NCBI GenBank assembly: GCA_938045545.1
Contig: CALIBN010000002.1
Span: 32,001-96,000 of the forward strand
Direction: 5' to 3'
DNA: 64,000 nucleotides
Source of the DNA: an uncultured archaeon
GTDB lineage: Archaea > Thermoproteota > EX4484-205 > JAAOZP01
Both the position numbers and the translations under genes were made by a program. The notes below the pieces were generated by a model. The model was not told the DNA's origin, searched no databases, and was given only the letters and a program-made list of their open reading frames with translations. Shown one piece after another: positions 1-10,135 of the stretch (positions within the stretch are counted from its first letter, which is position 1; each line of letters starts with the position of its first letter).

Positions 1-15
1 AACGAGAAATTATGA

Positions 16-1359
16 ATGGGCATGGGCGTTAAGGCTGTTAAACATGAGGGTACTAGAGTTGGTGTTTTAGGCGGCGGGCTCTCCGGAATTGCTTATGCTT
101 ACTTTTCCTCTCGAATGGGTTTCAACGTTGCCGTGCTGGAAAAAAACAGTGTTCCCGGGGGTTTGATGAGGAGCATTGTTGAAGAAGGGTTTACCTTCGA
201 CATTGGCGGTTCACATATAATTTTCTCGAAGGACACCGATGTTCTAAGCTTCATGCTTAGCCTTTTAAGGGGCAACAGGATTGAGAATAGGAGAAATACC
301 GCGATCCTCTATAAGGGTAGGCTTGTGAAATACCCTTTTGAAAACGGTTTGTCCGACCTGCCACTTCTCGAAAACCTTTCATGCCTCCTTCATTTTCTCT
401 ATGCCAGAATACGGAGAAAACGCGAACCGGGGAATCTCAGAGAGTTCTTTTACAATTCTCTCGGAAGCGCTATCTCCGAGAAGTACTTGATCCCGTATAA
501 TGAGAAAATCTGGAAGATGAGCATAGAAGACATGTCTCTCGGTTTTATAGGTAGGATTCCTAATCCTAAGGTGATGGATGTTGTCAAGGCTTCTCTTGGA
601 ATTGGTTCAGAGGGATATGTCCACCAGCTTTTCTTCCACTACCCGAGGAAGGGGGGAATTCAGGCGCTCATAGAATCTTTGAAGAGTAGCGTGCAGGATC
701 ATGTGGTAACGGGCTTCGAGGCAAAGCATGCTGAAAACGAATCTGGAGAATGGGTTGTTTCAAACGGGCATGTAGAGAAAATTTTCGACAGAATCGTCTC
801 TACAATTCCTTTACACGATGCCGTTAGAGTATTCAACGCTCCTCGAGACGTGAAGAGTAATGTCGAGAGGTTAAGGTTTAACTCTCTTGTGACGGTTGCA
901 ATAGGGTTGGAAGAGCTTAATGTTAAGGGTTTAAGTTGGCTGTATATTCCCGATAGGAATATTCATCCACACAGGATTAGCTTCCCCTCTAACTTTAGCC
1001 CAGAAAACGCTCCGGAGGGGAAGTCGTCTATCCTCGCAGAGATAACCGTCAAGCCTGATGACCGTCTCCTTAGGACGAGTTGCGACGAGGTTGCAAACAT
1101 GGTGATTGAGGAGCTTGATAAGCTTAAGATTATTTCTAAGAACAAGGTTGTCTACAGGAATGTTTTTCAAAACAAGTATGCATACCCCATTCTGGATTCG
1201 AATTACCAAGAATGCATGGAGAGAATAAGAGGCTTCTTCAACGAGATAGGTGTGGAACTAATCGGAAGGTTCGCGGAGTTCAAGTATATTAACATGGATG
1301 ACGCTATTAGAAATGTTGCAAACCATCTCGGCATACATAAGGTAAGCGAATATGCTTAA
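16..1359 (+). CDS. FAD-dependent oxidoreductase, UDP-galactopyranose mutase / protoporphyrinogen oxidase-like
   Basis: GGGLSG dinucleotide-binding motif, GGLMRS...FDIGGSH, YNEKIW, and C-terminal GRFAEFKYINMD resembling the UGM FAD motif. Confidence 0.75.
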   Translation: MGMGVKAVKHEGTRVGVLGGGLSGIAYAYFSSRMGFNVAVLEKNSVPGGLMRSIVEEGFTFDIGGSHIIFSKDTDVLSFMLSLLRGNRIENRRNTAILYKGRLVKYPFENGLSDLPLLENLSCLLHFLYARIRRKREPGNLREFFYNSLGSAISEKYLIPYNEKIWKMSIEDMSLGFIGRIPNPKVMDVVKASLGIGSEGYVHQLFFHYPRKGGIQALIESLKSSVQDHVVTGFEAKHAENESGEWVVSNGHVEKIFDRIVSTIPLHDAVRVFNAPRDVKSNVERLRFNSLVTVAIGLEELNVKGLSWLYIPDRNIHPHRISFPSNFSPENAPEGKSSILAEITVKPDDRLLRTSCDEVANMVIEELDKLKIISKNKVVYRNVFQNKYAYPILDSNYQECMERIRGFFNEIGVELIGRFAEFKYINMDDAIRNVANHLGIHKVSEYA

Positions 1360-1382
1360 GGCAAGCTGTTTACCGCTGACGC

Positions 1383-3572
1383 CTATTGAATCTTTTTCAG
1401 AATGATGCTTGCAACCTTACCGTTGAAAGGCGGGATTTCAACCAGCAGCTTACCTTGAACCAGTTTAACACGTAGATTAGCCTCCTGACCGTCAACCGCG
1501 TAGAGTCTACATGCTACTTCACTATTGAGATTATAGAACTCAGAATCAACCTCTATTAGAAAACTCTTTTTCTCAGACCTGTAGTCAATAAGGTTTATCA
1601 ACAAGCTTCTTCCATCCAAGCCCTTAAACACCTTTGCAACAACTTTCTCAGAGTACCATTTTACTCCCAGGCTGTCCATGAACCTTGAATCATACTGCAG
1701 CTGCTTAACCCTCTTCCTGAGAGCTATCAATCTTCTTATATGCTCGGTTAATGGCTCGCCACTCTTAATCCTCGACCCAAGCGGGAGCGGTGTTACGTCA
1801 AACCTGAACCCGAGCAGGTAGACCCTGTTGAGAAGGTCGTCCAAGCCCACTTCACCATCCATATCCGGATAGTAGCATTTGCCTATCCATTCGACCGGCG
1901 GGTTGGCAAAGCCGTCTATTATAATATACTCGGGGAAAGTGTATGCGAAAACTTCTGGAGCAGGATGCATCGTCTGGCTTGAGAAACTAGTGTAAAGGTG
2001 AAGACTGCAATATTGCCCTACGGAGTCCCCATTTCCTTCGATACACAGTGAAAAATCTCGGGTAAGCTTCCTACCCTCCTCAGAGAGCTTCTGTATCGTT
2101 TTAACTCTTCCCTGGACTGAACACCCGTGATGCTTATGGCCGTGTGCAAGGTTGAAACAATAGGAAACAGGTGGGGAAAAAGTTTGATCGATATAGGCGA
2201 AGTCGGCACCATACTCCTTCAAGTATTTCTCCACAATCCAATGGACCAAGTATTTCTGCCAGCCCTCAGAATATGTGCACATTATCCTGAAACCGTCGTT
2301 TTCAAACTCTCTTCCAGGATACTGCACAGTCGTCGACCCGTCGAAGTTTGTTTGAGCGTAATTTCTGAACTCGCCCATCCAGTCCGGAATCCCCTCGGAT
2401 TCGGGAATCCTGATGCCTCTTGCACAAAGATACTCTCTTACGGAGGGTGAGAATGCTTGAATGTTAAAGTAGAAGCCTATTATACCGCCCTTACTTTTGA
2501 CCATGGATATTGCTTGCTTAAGCTCTTCAACCGTTCCTAGTCTCGGATCCGGATAGTAGAACCTGTAGCAACAGCCATCTCCAACCATCTGGCCCCACAA
2601 CTGAATATGGTTTAGACCAAGATACTCCGCGTCCTCAAAAAGGTCTTCAATATCCTTGAAGCTGAACTTCATCTCCCCCCCAGCTTTAAAGTGCACACCA
2701 TACCACCCGTCGCTCCATTTCAGCTTTTCAGGAACATTGGGCTTCACCATCCAAGACTCAGCCCACTCCCTATACCTATCGGCAGCCCAGTGCCAGTCCC
2801 CATCATGCACCCCGATTACAAAAGGGCTTGACCTCCAAGAGCTTCCAACGGGAACATATGCATACTTCCTCATCCCGAGGTTCATCGCCCCTCTCGAGCA
2901 ATCTGGGTTTGATTCTAGGGCAGTAAGTATTAGCTCCTTATCGTAACTAGCGATATAGAGTCCTGCTTTCTCATCGTAAATATCCATCCACATCATTGAG
3001 GCAAAACCGCCGTAAAGCAGCGTTCTAGGATAGGTTCCGCATTTTCCAACCGGATCCTTGATTTTCTCCCCGAAACGATTCGGCCTAACCAGTATGTCGT
3101 CCTCACTAGCATCACCTATACATACTCCTTTTAACTGCGGGAAGCCTATTCCGACAACATCCTCTGAGCAAACCCGATCCAGGGTATTGTCAACTTGGAC
3201 ATCGCAGGTTAGAAGCGGGCTTTCACCTTCAAGCGTAAAACTGTATTTCACATCCACCGATTCAATCCTGTGGAGAACCTCTATAGAGGAACGTGGGCCA
3301 TCCTTGTTCAACCGGATTTCCCTCAAGGTTTCAGGCCCCGATGAAACCATTCTGAATGGCTCGTCATCATTTGCGTAGACGGTGGATTTCTTTCCCTTCT
3401 GGAGGAACCAGATGTAAACCAATCCATCAGAGGGATACTTCAGATATGTGGTTGAAGCCTTTTTGTTCACAATCTGCTTTATTCCCCCGCTTTCTGGATT
3501 AAACACTACTTCGACCTTATCGTTGCTTAGAATTAGGCGATGTTCTCCTTTTTTCTCAGTCAGGGAGACCAT
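1383..3572 (-). CDS. DUF6259-like putative glycoside hydrolase (beta-sandwich plus TIM barrel)
   Basis: 729 aa; GDWH..AD.YREW, YPDPRLGT..EL and YIDQ motifs seen in uncharacterised GH-like barrels; no signal peptide. Confidence 0.6.
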   Translation of the reverse strand: MVSLTEKKGEHRLILSNDKVEVVFNPESGGIKQIVNKKASTTYLKYPSDGLVYIWFLQKGKKSTVYANDDEPFRMVSSGPETLREIRLNKDGPRSSIEVLHRIESVDVKYSFTLEGESPLLTCDVQVDNTLDRVCSEDVVGIGFPQLKGVCIGDASEDDILVRPNRFGEKIKDPVGKCGTYPRTLLYGGFASMMWMDIYDEKAGLYIASYDKELILTALESNPDCSRGAMNLGMRKYAYVPVGSSWRSSPFVIGVHDGDWHWAADRYREWAESWMVKPNVPEKLKWSDGWYGVHFKAGGEMKFSFKDIEDLFEDAEYLGLNHIQLWGQMVGDGCCYRFYYPDPRLGTVEELKQAISMVKSKGGIIGFYFNIQAFSPSVREYLCARGIRIPESEGIPDWMGEFRNYAQTNFDGSTTVQYPGREFENDGFRIMCTYSEGWQKYLVHWIVEKYLKEYGADFAYIDQTFSPPVSYCFNLAHGHKHHGCSVQGRVKTIQKLSEEGRKLTRDFSLCIEGNGDSVGQYCSLHLYTSFSSQTMHPAPEVFAYTFPEYIIIDGFANPPVEWIGKCYYPDMDGEVGLDDLLNRVYLLGFRFDVTPLPLGSRIKSGEPLTEHIRRLIALRKRVKQLQYDSRFMDSLGVKWYSEKVVAKVFKGLDGRSLLINLIDYRSEKKSFLIEVDSEFYNLNSEVACRLYAVDGQEANLRVKLVQGKLLVEIPPFNGKVASIILKKIQ

Positions 3573-3688
3573 ACCTTCCAGGCGAAGGTTAAGGATAAAT
3601 GTTTTTCTAGTTAGAATGCTACTATATCTTGTAAGAATATGGGATAGGCATATAGATTTATAACCTAAAAGCAGATGGAAGCAACTAT

Positions 3689-4459
3689 ATGCTAAAGATA
3701 GATTGTCATTCCCATATTAGTGGCAGGTTCTTTAAATGGGGGGTGGAGTTAAAAAGTCTTGTAGAGGCTGCTGATAAACTGGGTATCGATAAGCTGTGTT
3801 GCTCAATACCTATCGTTGAAGGTATGCCTACGCCAAGCGAGTTTAAAACCTGTAATAACGAGATGGTCAAGGCAATGAAGGAATATCCAGATAAGATTCT
3901 TGGCTATTGCTTCGTTAACCCTGGATATCAACAAGAATCTGTCGAAGAGATCGAAAGGAGGGTTCTTGAAGATGGAATGATAGGTGTAAAACTATATAAC
4001 CAGTATCGATGTTCCGATCCGGTTGTTTATCCAGTAGTTAGGAAGGCGGTAGAGCTTAAGGTTCCAATCCTACAGCATGCAGGATATCTTACGGATCCTG
4101 CCGAAGCGGCTAGGCAGCCGAATATTTCTAATGCTCGCGACATCTCGTACTTGGCCTCCCTATTTCCGGAAGCGATGATAATAGAGGCCCATCTCGGTGG
4201 GGGAGGGGACTGGGAATGGGCTTTAAAGGTTCTGAAAAACACGCGTAACGTTTACGTCGATACGAGCGGCAGCGTGATAGACTGCGGGATAATAGAGAAA
4301 GCCGTTAAGCTCTTAGGTGCAGATAGATTATTGTTCGGCACCGATTTGAGCATGGAGGAAGGGATCGGTAAAATATTGGGTGCGGAAATAAGCGAACGGG
4401 AAAAGAGCCTCATATTCGGGGAGAACATGCGGCGGATCCTGGAGGCTAGGTCCAGATGA
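3689..4459 (+). CDS. Amidohydrolase family protein (Amidohydro_2), metal ligands intact
   Basis: IDCHSH, GVKL, LQH, AHLGGG, DTSG, LFGTD motifs. Confidence 0.85.
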   Translation: MLKIDCHSHISGRFFKWGVELKSLVEAADKLGIDKLCCSIPIVEGMPTPSEFKTCNNEMVKAMKEYPDKILGYCFVNPGYQQESVEEIERRVLEDGMIGVKLYNQYRCSDPVVYPVVRKAVELKVPILQHAGYLTDPAEAARQPNISNARDISYLASLFPEAMIIEAHLGGGGDWEWALKVLKNTRNVYVDTSGSVIDCGIIEKAVKLLGADRLLFGTDLSMEEGIGKILGAEISEREKSLIFGENMRRILEARSR

Positions 4460-5241
4460 TCATAGATTTCAACGTGTATCTGGGACACTGGCCATTCAGA
4501 AGGCTTTGCGTTAGAACCGCGCTCGGGATTCTGAGGCAGATGGATAGGAGCGGGATAGACATCGCTGTGGTCTCGTCTTTAAACTCCGTGCTCTATGCCG
4601 ATCCACATGATGGAAATCTAGAACTTCTACAGGAGATTGAACAATACAGCGAAAGGTTTGTTCCACTAGCCGTCCTCAACCCGAAATACCCCGGTTGGGA
4701 GGGTGACTTGGAGGAATGCATCAACCACGGCTGTAAGGGATTAAGGCTCTATCCGCAGTACCATAACTATTCGCTGACGGATGAAGAGTGTTTGAGGCTT
4801 GTTAAGAGAGCTCATGAAAGTAATCTTGTCGTCTCGATACCAGTCAGGCTCAGGGACGGTAGGGGGCGGCACTGGATGGACTCAGCGAGGGATATTAATC
4901 TGGAGGAGTTAAAGCAACTCGCGGAGAGAGTTCCAGAGGCGAAAATAGTGGTCTTAGAAGCAAGAGGGGTTGCTGATTCCCCATTGTTCGAGTATCCTAA
5001 CGTATATTTCGAAATATCCGGGATGGACGCCGCTTTCGGTGAGATCGACAGATTAATTGAACGAGTTGGCGATTCCAGGGTAGTTTTCGGATCCGGTTTT
5101 CCGTTAAAATACTTACAGAGCGCTATTCTAAAGGCTAAGCTTATCCGAAAGCCTGAGGAAACGGTTGAGAAAATACTATGGAAGAATGCATACGGACTCC
5201 TGGGCTTGGACCAAAAGAGACCTTCATGTAGGCTCAATTGA
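4456..5241 (+). CDS. Amidohydrolase family protein, degenerate metal site
   Basis: IIDFNVYLGHWPF, GLRLYPQYHNY, VFGSGFP; ATGA overlap with the upstream paralogue. Confidence 0.8.
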   Translation: MIIDFNVYLGHWPFRRLCVRTALGILRQMDRSGIDIAVVSSLNSVLYADPHDGNLELLQEIEQYSERFVPLAVLNPKYPGWEGDLEECINHGCKGLRLYPQYHNYSLTDEECLRLVKRAHESNLVVSIPVRLRDGRGRHWMDSARDINLEELKQLAERVPEAKIVVLEARGVADSPLFEYPNVYFEISGMDAAFGEIDRLIERVGDSRVVFGSGFPLKYLQSAILKAKLIRKPEETVEKILWKNAYGLLGLDQKRPSCRLN

Positions 5242-7206
5242 AAACATGTTCTTCCCATAGTAGGTCAGGAAGGCGCCTATGGCCTCGCCGGCCCCTACGT
5301 TCGAAGAGACAACGGGCGTGGCCATTATTCCGACATCCCCTCGGGCAATCTTTCCCGTTACAGCACTCATGCACTCCCAGACGCTCGGATGCTTCAAGAG
5401 GAATCTCACCATCGAATCTTTCACCGCCTCTAAGAGGTCAGGATAGTAGTTGAAAGCCGCGGCCACCGCTAGGGAGCACGATTTCGTCCATGCCGGCCCC
5501 CTCCAGTAAACCTCCTCCTCAAACCCGGGCTGGCCCGGAGCGAGGGTGAAAACCCCGTATTCACCTATCAGTTTGAGGAAATTCTTCCTGGCTCGCTGAG
5601 CCTTTTCCGAGTCAACCAGCCCATAAGCGAATGGAAAGAGTCCGTCCACGCCTATCCTAGTATCCAGCGAACCATCCTGGTGAAGGACGCCGTACCAGTC
5701 TAAGCCTTCGTCCCAGAGGATGCGATCCATGGTCTGCCTAGTTTTCTCGGCCAGCCTAAACCATGTGTGCTCCTCACCGTTCTCAAGGATTCCGGCTATT
5801 CTGCCCATTGCTTGCTCGAAACGGCATTTTTCAGCCGCGAAGATGGTAGGATAGCAGAAATCCTCCCTCCCTCTAGAGTCGCCATAGGTCACTTTCTGAA
5901 ACGCTGGGAAAGTATCCAGCCCGGTATCAAAAGACGTGAGAATAGCCCAGAGGCCCATCCTATGTAGCCTAGCATCCCGAGACTCGTTGAGATAGTTGTA
6001 GTACTTCACCAGCCTAGGATACCATGCTTTAATACTTTTGAGATCTTTAGTAGCATAGTAGTATCTCAGCACGACCCATGGAATGTGAGGAGTCTGAATA
6101 ATATTTTTCCTGCTCCACGTTTCACCCGGAGTTCTCTCGCTGAGGTAAATTGCATGCGTAGTATAACCGTCTTCCCTCTGGTGTTTGAAAAATAAGTTCA
6201 GAAGGTTTTTGACGAAGCTAGGTCCTATTTCCGGGTTAAGCATCGAATGCCACTCGATAGCAGGAAGGGCCCATTGCCAATAGCCGCGGTAAACCGGTAG
6301 GGCTTCCAGAACGGTTTTTCCCAAACGTGGATGCTTATAGTAGTTTAACCTCACGTTCCACCAGCATTTATAGTACGCCTTTCTATCCGCCTCGGCTTCA
6401 AAACTCGGTGCGGGTAGAGAGTTGAACCATTTATTCCACTTCGCCCTAATGCTTGCAACAGGGTTCTTCAGCTTCAGCGCTTTAGCTGCTTTCTCGGGAG
6501 ACTGGAAGCTTATCCCGAACACAAGGCGGTCTCGCCCCCCCGATTTCAGAGCAATATTGTTTTCAAAAACAATATGACGCCCGGTTTTCCTACGTACATG
6601 AATAGTGCCCTTCTCCAAGTCGCCGAGGTATTCCTCTTCAGAAGAGTACACGCCGTAGTTGCTTGACTCGAAAGCTAAGAACAAGCTTTTCTTCCCAAGA
6701 TGGATTTTTAGAATATTCTTAGAGTTTTTGCTTACCCTTGCGGAGGAACCTCTCAGAGAAACAACAGTGTAGAATTTTCTGTTCACGCTGTATGGCGGGT
6801 GGCATCTGGCTTCAAGAATAATCCTCCAGAAGAAGCCTCCATTCGGACACTGGCCGAACAGCTCAGTAGCCTCAATCCCAACGTTTGAGAAAACGATTTC
6901 CCTCTTTACGAAGGAGGGTTGATACTCCATAGTCTTAAAGTAGAAAACGTTCTTAGCCAGCCTTCGGCCTGACAGATCTGGAAAAACATATTCTCCGAAT
7001 TTTAAAGCAGCTACAGGTGTCTCTTCATAAGTCGTTTCCTCCCTGTTATCTAAGAGCCAACCGATAGATCCGAATTCAGAGGGATATGCGAAGGAAATAG
7101 AGAAATCCTCTTCCTTCACGAGGATGGCGGTACGCCGGGGCAGTTTCTCATTAAAACCCTCTTTCACCAGATCCCAGAAATCCTGTCTTCTTGAAGACAT
7201 CCTCAA
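5224..7206 (-). CDS. GH63/MGH1-like (alpha/alpha)6-barrel glycoside hydrolase
   Basis: YWQW, IQTP, DTGLDTFP (cf. ESGLDNSP), YWRGPAW and C-terminal WE motifs. Confidence 0.7.
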   Translation of the reverse strand: MRMSSRRQDFWDLVKEGFNEKLPRRTAILVKEEDFSISFAYPSEFGSIGWLLDNREETTYEETPVAALKFGEYVFPDLSGRRLAKNVFYFKTMEYQPSFVKREIVFSNVGIEATELFGQCPNGGFFWRIILEARCHPPYSVNRKFYTVVSLRGSSARVSKNSKNILKIHLGKKSLFLAFESSNYGVYSSEEEYLGDLEKGTIHVRRKTGRHIVFENNIALKSGGRDRLVFGISFQSPEKAAKALKLKNPVASIRAKWNKWFNSLPAPSFEAEADRKAYYKCWWNVRLNYYKHPRLGKTVLEALPVYRGYWQWALPAIEWHSMLNPEIGPSFVKNLLNLFFKHQREDGYTTHAIYLSERTPGETWSRKNIIQTPHIPWVVLRYYYATKDLKSIKAWYPRLVKYYNYLNESRDARLHRMGLWAILTSFDTGLDTFPAFQKVTYGDSRGREDFCYPTIFAAEKCRFEQAMGRIAGILENGEEHTWFRLAEKTRQTMDRILWDEGLDWYGVLHQDGSLDTRIGVDGLFPFAYGLVDSEKAQRARKNFLKLIGEYGVFTLAPGQPGFEEEVYWRGPAWTKSCSLAVAAAFNYYPDLLEAVKDSMVRFLLKHPSVWECMSAVTGKIARGDVGIMATPVVSSNVGAGEAIGAFLTYYGKNMFSIEPT

Positions 7207-7299
7207 ACAATATGAAGCTAAACCCAGTATTAAGGCTTACTTGAAGTATTAACAAATCTTAAATAATGCTTACAAAAGCTCTATTCAACAGTGTGAACA

Positions 7300-8514
7300 T
7301 TGGCAAAAGTTTCCGTTGTAAAGATTCCGCGAAAATGTTTTGACGAAGATGTTTTCCGCGGTGTGAAGCACAGCATAGAACTATTAGGAGGTCCAGAGGC
7401 ATTTGCAAGACATGGTGACAAGGTGGTTGTGAAACCCAATATTTTAAACGTTACGGATGTTGAAGCCACAGACCCCCGAATAATTTACGCTGTCTCTAAA
7501 ATATTTAGGGATATTGGATGCAACGTTATCGTTGGCGAGAACCCTCTTGTCGGAACAATATCCAGCGAAGTCTTTGAAAAAATGCGGATAAGAGAAGTCG
7601 CCGAGAGGGCTGGAGCAAGGTTTGTTGATTTCCGTAGGGATGAACAGGTAACCGTGGAGGTTCCGGATACGAAAGGCTGCCCTACATTAAGAATCGCTAA
7701 AACAGTAATGGATGCCGACCTCATAGTTAGTCTTCCGGTCATGAAGCAACATGGATTATGCAATGTTACGCTGGGGTTGAAAAACATGTGGGGTGTTATA
7801 GGACCAACTCAACGGCGGCTAGGTCATCTTAACAGCCTGAATTGGACGCTTGCAGAACTAAACAGGATCCTACGAGTGAGATTAACCATTATAGATGGTT
7901 TAATAGGAGTTGGCTATAATGAGGCTTTCCCCCTGGGGCTTATAATAGCCGGCGACGATCCTGTTGCCACAGACGCTATAGCCTGTTTGAGAATGGGTTT
8001 TAACCCGATGAGCATCGAGCATATTCGCTACGCCCATGAGCTCGGATTGGGAGAGATAGATCCAAAGAAAATAGAGCTGGTGGGAATAACGCTTGAGCAG
8101 CTCATTAAAGAGGGAAAAGCTTCGAGGAAAATTTTTGTAATGCCTCTTGCAAAACCCGCACGGCTTCTTAAGCGGGCTAGGAACGTTAAGCTAGTCCAAG
8201 GGAATGTGTGCTCAGGCTGCGAGAAAAAGCTATCCATAGCTATAAAAAAGGTTGGCATAAGACAGATTGCGAAAGGCCCTAAAATGGCGATCATTATCGG
8301 TAGGGGTGCTAAACCTTTAGATGGGCGTATAAACATTATTATAGGCAGGTGTCTCCAAGAATACAGAGACAAGGGGGTCTTTGTAGACTATTGTCCAGCC
8401 TACGATCCGGATATACAGCAGGCCATTGAAGTAGCCCTTGGAAAACGTGAAAAGATCACTTATCTCTGGGACGAGTTAGAACAGAAGATGGAGAAAGGAT
8501 TACCTGGATCCTGA
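7300..8514 (+). CDS. DUF362 domain protein with C-terminal Cys-rich (putative Fe-S) extension
   Basis: VVVKPN, SLPVMKQH, TLGLKNMWG, DPVATD; C-terminal CSGC...GRC...YCP. Confidence 0.8.
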   Translation: MAKVSVVKIPRKCFDEDVFRGVKHSIELLGGPEAFARHGDKVVVKPNILNVTDVEATDPRIIYAVSKIFRDIGCNVIVGENPLVGTISSEVFEKMRIREVAERAGARFVDFRRDEQVTVEVPDTKGCPTLRIAKTVMDADLIVSLPVMKQHGLCNVTLGLKNMWGVIGPTQRRLGHLNSLNWTLAELNRILRVRLTIIDGLIGVGYNEAFPLGLIIAGDDPVATDAIACLRMGFNPMSIEHIRYAHELGLGEIDPKKIELVGITLEQLIKEGKASRKIFVMPLAKPARLLKRARNVKLVQGNVCSGCEKKLSIAIKKVGIRQIAKGPKMAIIIGRGAKPLDGRINIIIGRCLQEYRDKGVFVDYCPAYDPDIQQAIEVALGKREKITYLWDELEQKMEKGLPGS

Positions 8515-8794
8515 ATAGCCATATAGACGATTAGAGCCGAGATGTTTTAATATGGTTGTTGAAGACAACAGGATACGAAATTCTCATGGGGATGAATATT
8601 CAGCATGCGTGAAGAACTCAGGGAGGCTTTGGGCATACGAACGCGCGCGGTGCCTGTTGTAGCTCAAGCCTTGAACTTGAGTTTCCCCACAAGAGGGTGC
8701 GTTGCCCATACCGATTAACATTATCGGGTAACGTGAAAATTATAGTGTCGATTCACATAATATTGTAGAAAAATGCTGATGAAGGAAGGCTGGA

Positions 8795-10135
8795 TCAGCC
8801 TAATGTAGACTGGTTGTCAAGCTCCTTGATCTGCCGTCTCCTTGCGCCCCTGAGCCTCAGCCCATATTGAACCGTTAAGAGCTTCTCTGGCGCCAGCAGC
8901 ATGCTTGTAGCGTAGAGGACTAGAACCGTTAGGGCTGCTGAATACGGTATTCCGATTATGGTTTCAAAGGATATTGGCGTCATCGTCATGTCTTTAGCTA
9001 TCATTATGGGGTAGGATGTTGGCAAGGCGTATACTAAAAGCTGAAGAGCTAAAGGCAGCGTGTCGAGGTCCCCGTACATCATCAGGAAGGAGGGAATCAT
9101 TATTGGGACTATTACCACTCCGAGGAGAGAGTTCGCCATCCTGACATCGCTGCTTAACGCTCCAATCGCCACACCAAGAGACGTTACGAAAAGTATTGCA
9201 AGCAGCAGGCTGACCGCGAGAAGTATGAAGCTCTCAGGCGGTGGCGGAGGAAGCAATTGAGAAACATCTTTCACGGGAAAGTTGAAGCCAGACAGGGAAA
9301 GCATGTTGTTAAAGTACAGGACGAACCCGCCCGTAAACAGGATGCTTCCAATAACGGCTAAGATGGAGGAGCCCAGCAGCTTTGCCAGCAGAATATCGTA
9401 ACGCGTCACTGGAAAGGTCAAGAGCGTTTCCAAGGTTTTCTCCTCATTCTCAACCGCAGTTGCAGTAGCAGCAAACTGGACAACAGTAATCGACAGCATT
9501 AAAAGCAGAAGCGGAATCATGATGCTGTATCCCATTAGGAGCTGGTTGAAAAGCATTTGAGGAGGAACTTCAATTATTTTATCCTTAAGTATTGAACGAG
9601 CTGAAATGTTGAAGGGGTCTCGAACAACGTCAGGAGAAATGCTTGGGTTAAGTTTCGATATCAACATGTTGCTGAAAAACTTCGAAGATAAAGCCAGTAC
9701 TCCTTCGACAGCCGTGTACGCTCCCATTGAGCCTAGGCTCATGCTCTCCATTACAACGTATACTTCAACACTTGCCCTCCTGAAGTTAACCAGATCATTC
9801 TCAAACCCTTTTCTTATAACCAGCAAGGCGTTTGAACCGAGCTTTCTCGCTTCACCGACTGCAGTATCCAAGTCAGCAGCATCAATCCTCTTAACATCCG
9901 CACCCAAGCTCATAGACAGGTTCAGGAGGGCATTGCTTAACGCAGTCTTATCACAGTCAAGCACAGCTATTTTCAACCCCTTGGCACCGGCTTCAATAGA
10001 GTGGCTCATTGACGTTGACATTAGAAAACCCAGTAGCGGCATCAATACCACTGGCACTACGAGGCCTATGTATATCCTAGGGTCTCTTAGAAGATCCTTA
10101 ACCTCCTTCTCGACCAGTGAAAAAAGCTTCCTCAT
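8795..10135 (-). CDS. ABC-2 type transporter permease (NatB-like)
   Basis: KEVKDLLRD N-terminus, ENEEKTLETLL motif, multiple TM helices; follows the ABC ATPase. Confidence 0.85.
   Translation of the reverse strand: MRKLFSLVEKEVKDLLRDPRIYIGLVVPVVLMPLLGFLMSTSMSHSIEAGAKGLKIAVLDCDKTALSNALLNLSMSLGADVKRIDAADLDTAVGEARKLGSNALLVIRKGFENDLVNFRRASVEVYVVMESMSLGSMGAYTAVEGVLALSSKFFSNMLISKLNPSISPDVVRDPFNISARSILKDKIIEVPPQMLFNQLLMGYSIMIPLLLLMLSITVVQFAATATAVENEEKTLETLLTFPVTRYDILLAKLLGSSILAVIGSILFTGGFVLYFNNMLSLSGFNFPVKDVSQLLPPPPPESFILLAVSLLLAILFVTSLGVAIGALSSDVRMANSLLGVVIVPIMIPSFLMMYGDLDTLPLALQLLVYALPTSYPIMIAKDMTMTPISFETIIGIPYSAALTVLVLYATSMLLAPEKLLTVQYGLRLRGARRRQIKELDNQSTLG

Noticed and set aside
8515-8794. 280-bp spacer with short hairpins (CTCAAG...CTTGAG) and short ORFs
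   Set aside because: No recognisable family, IS end or second copy; may be a gene relic but cannot be supported
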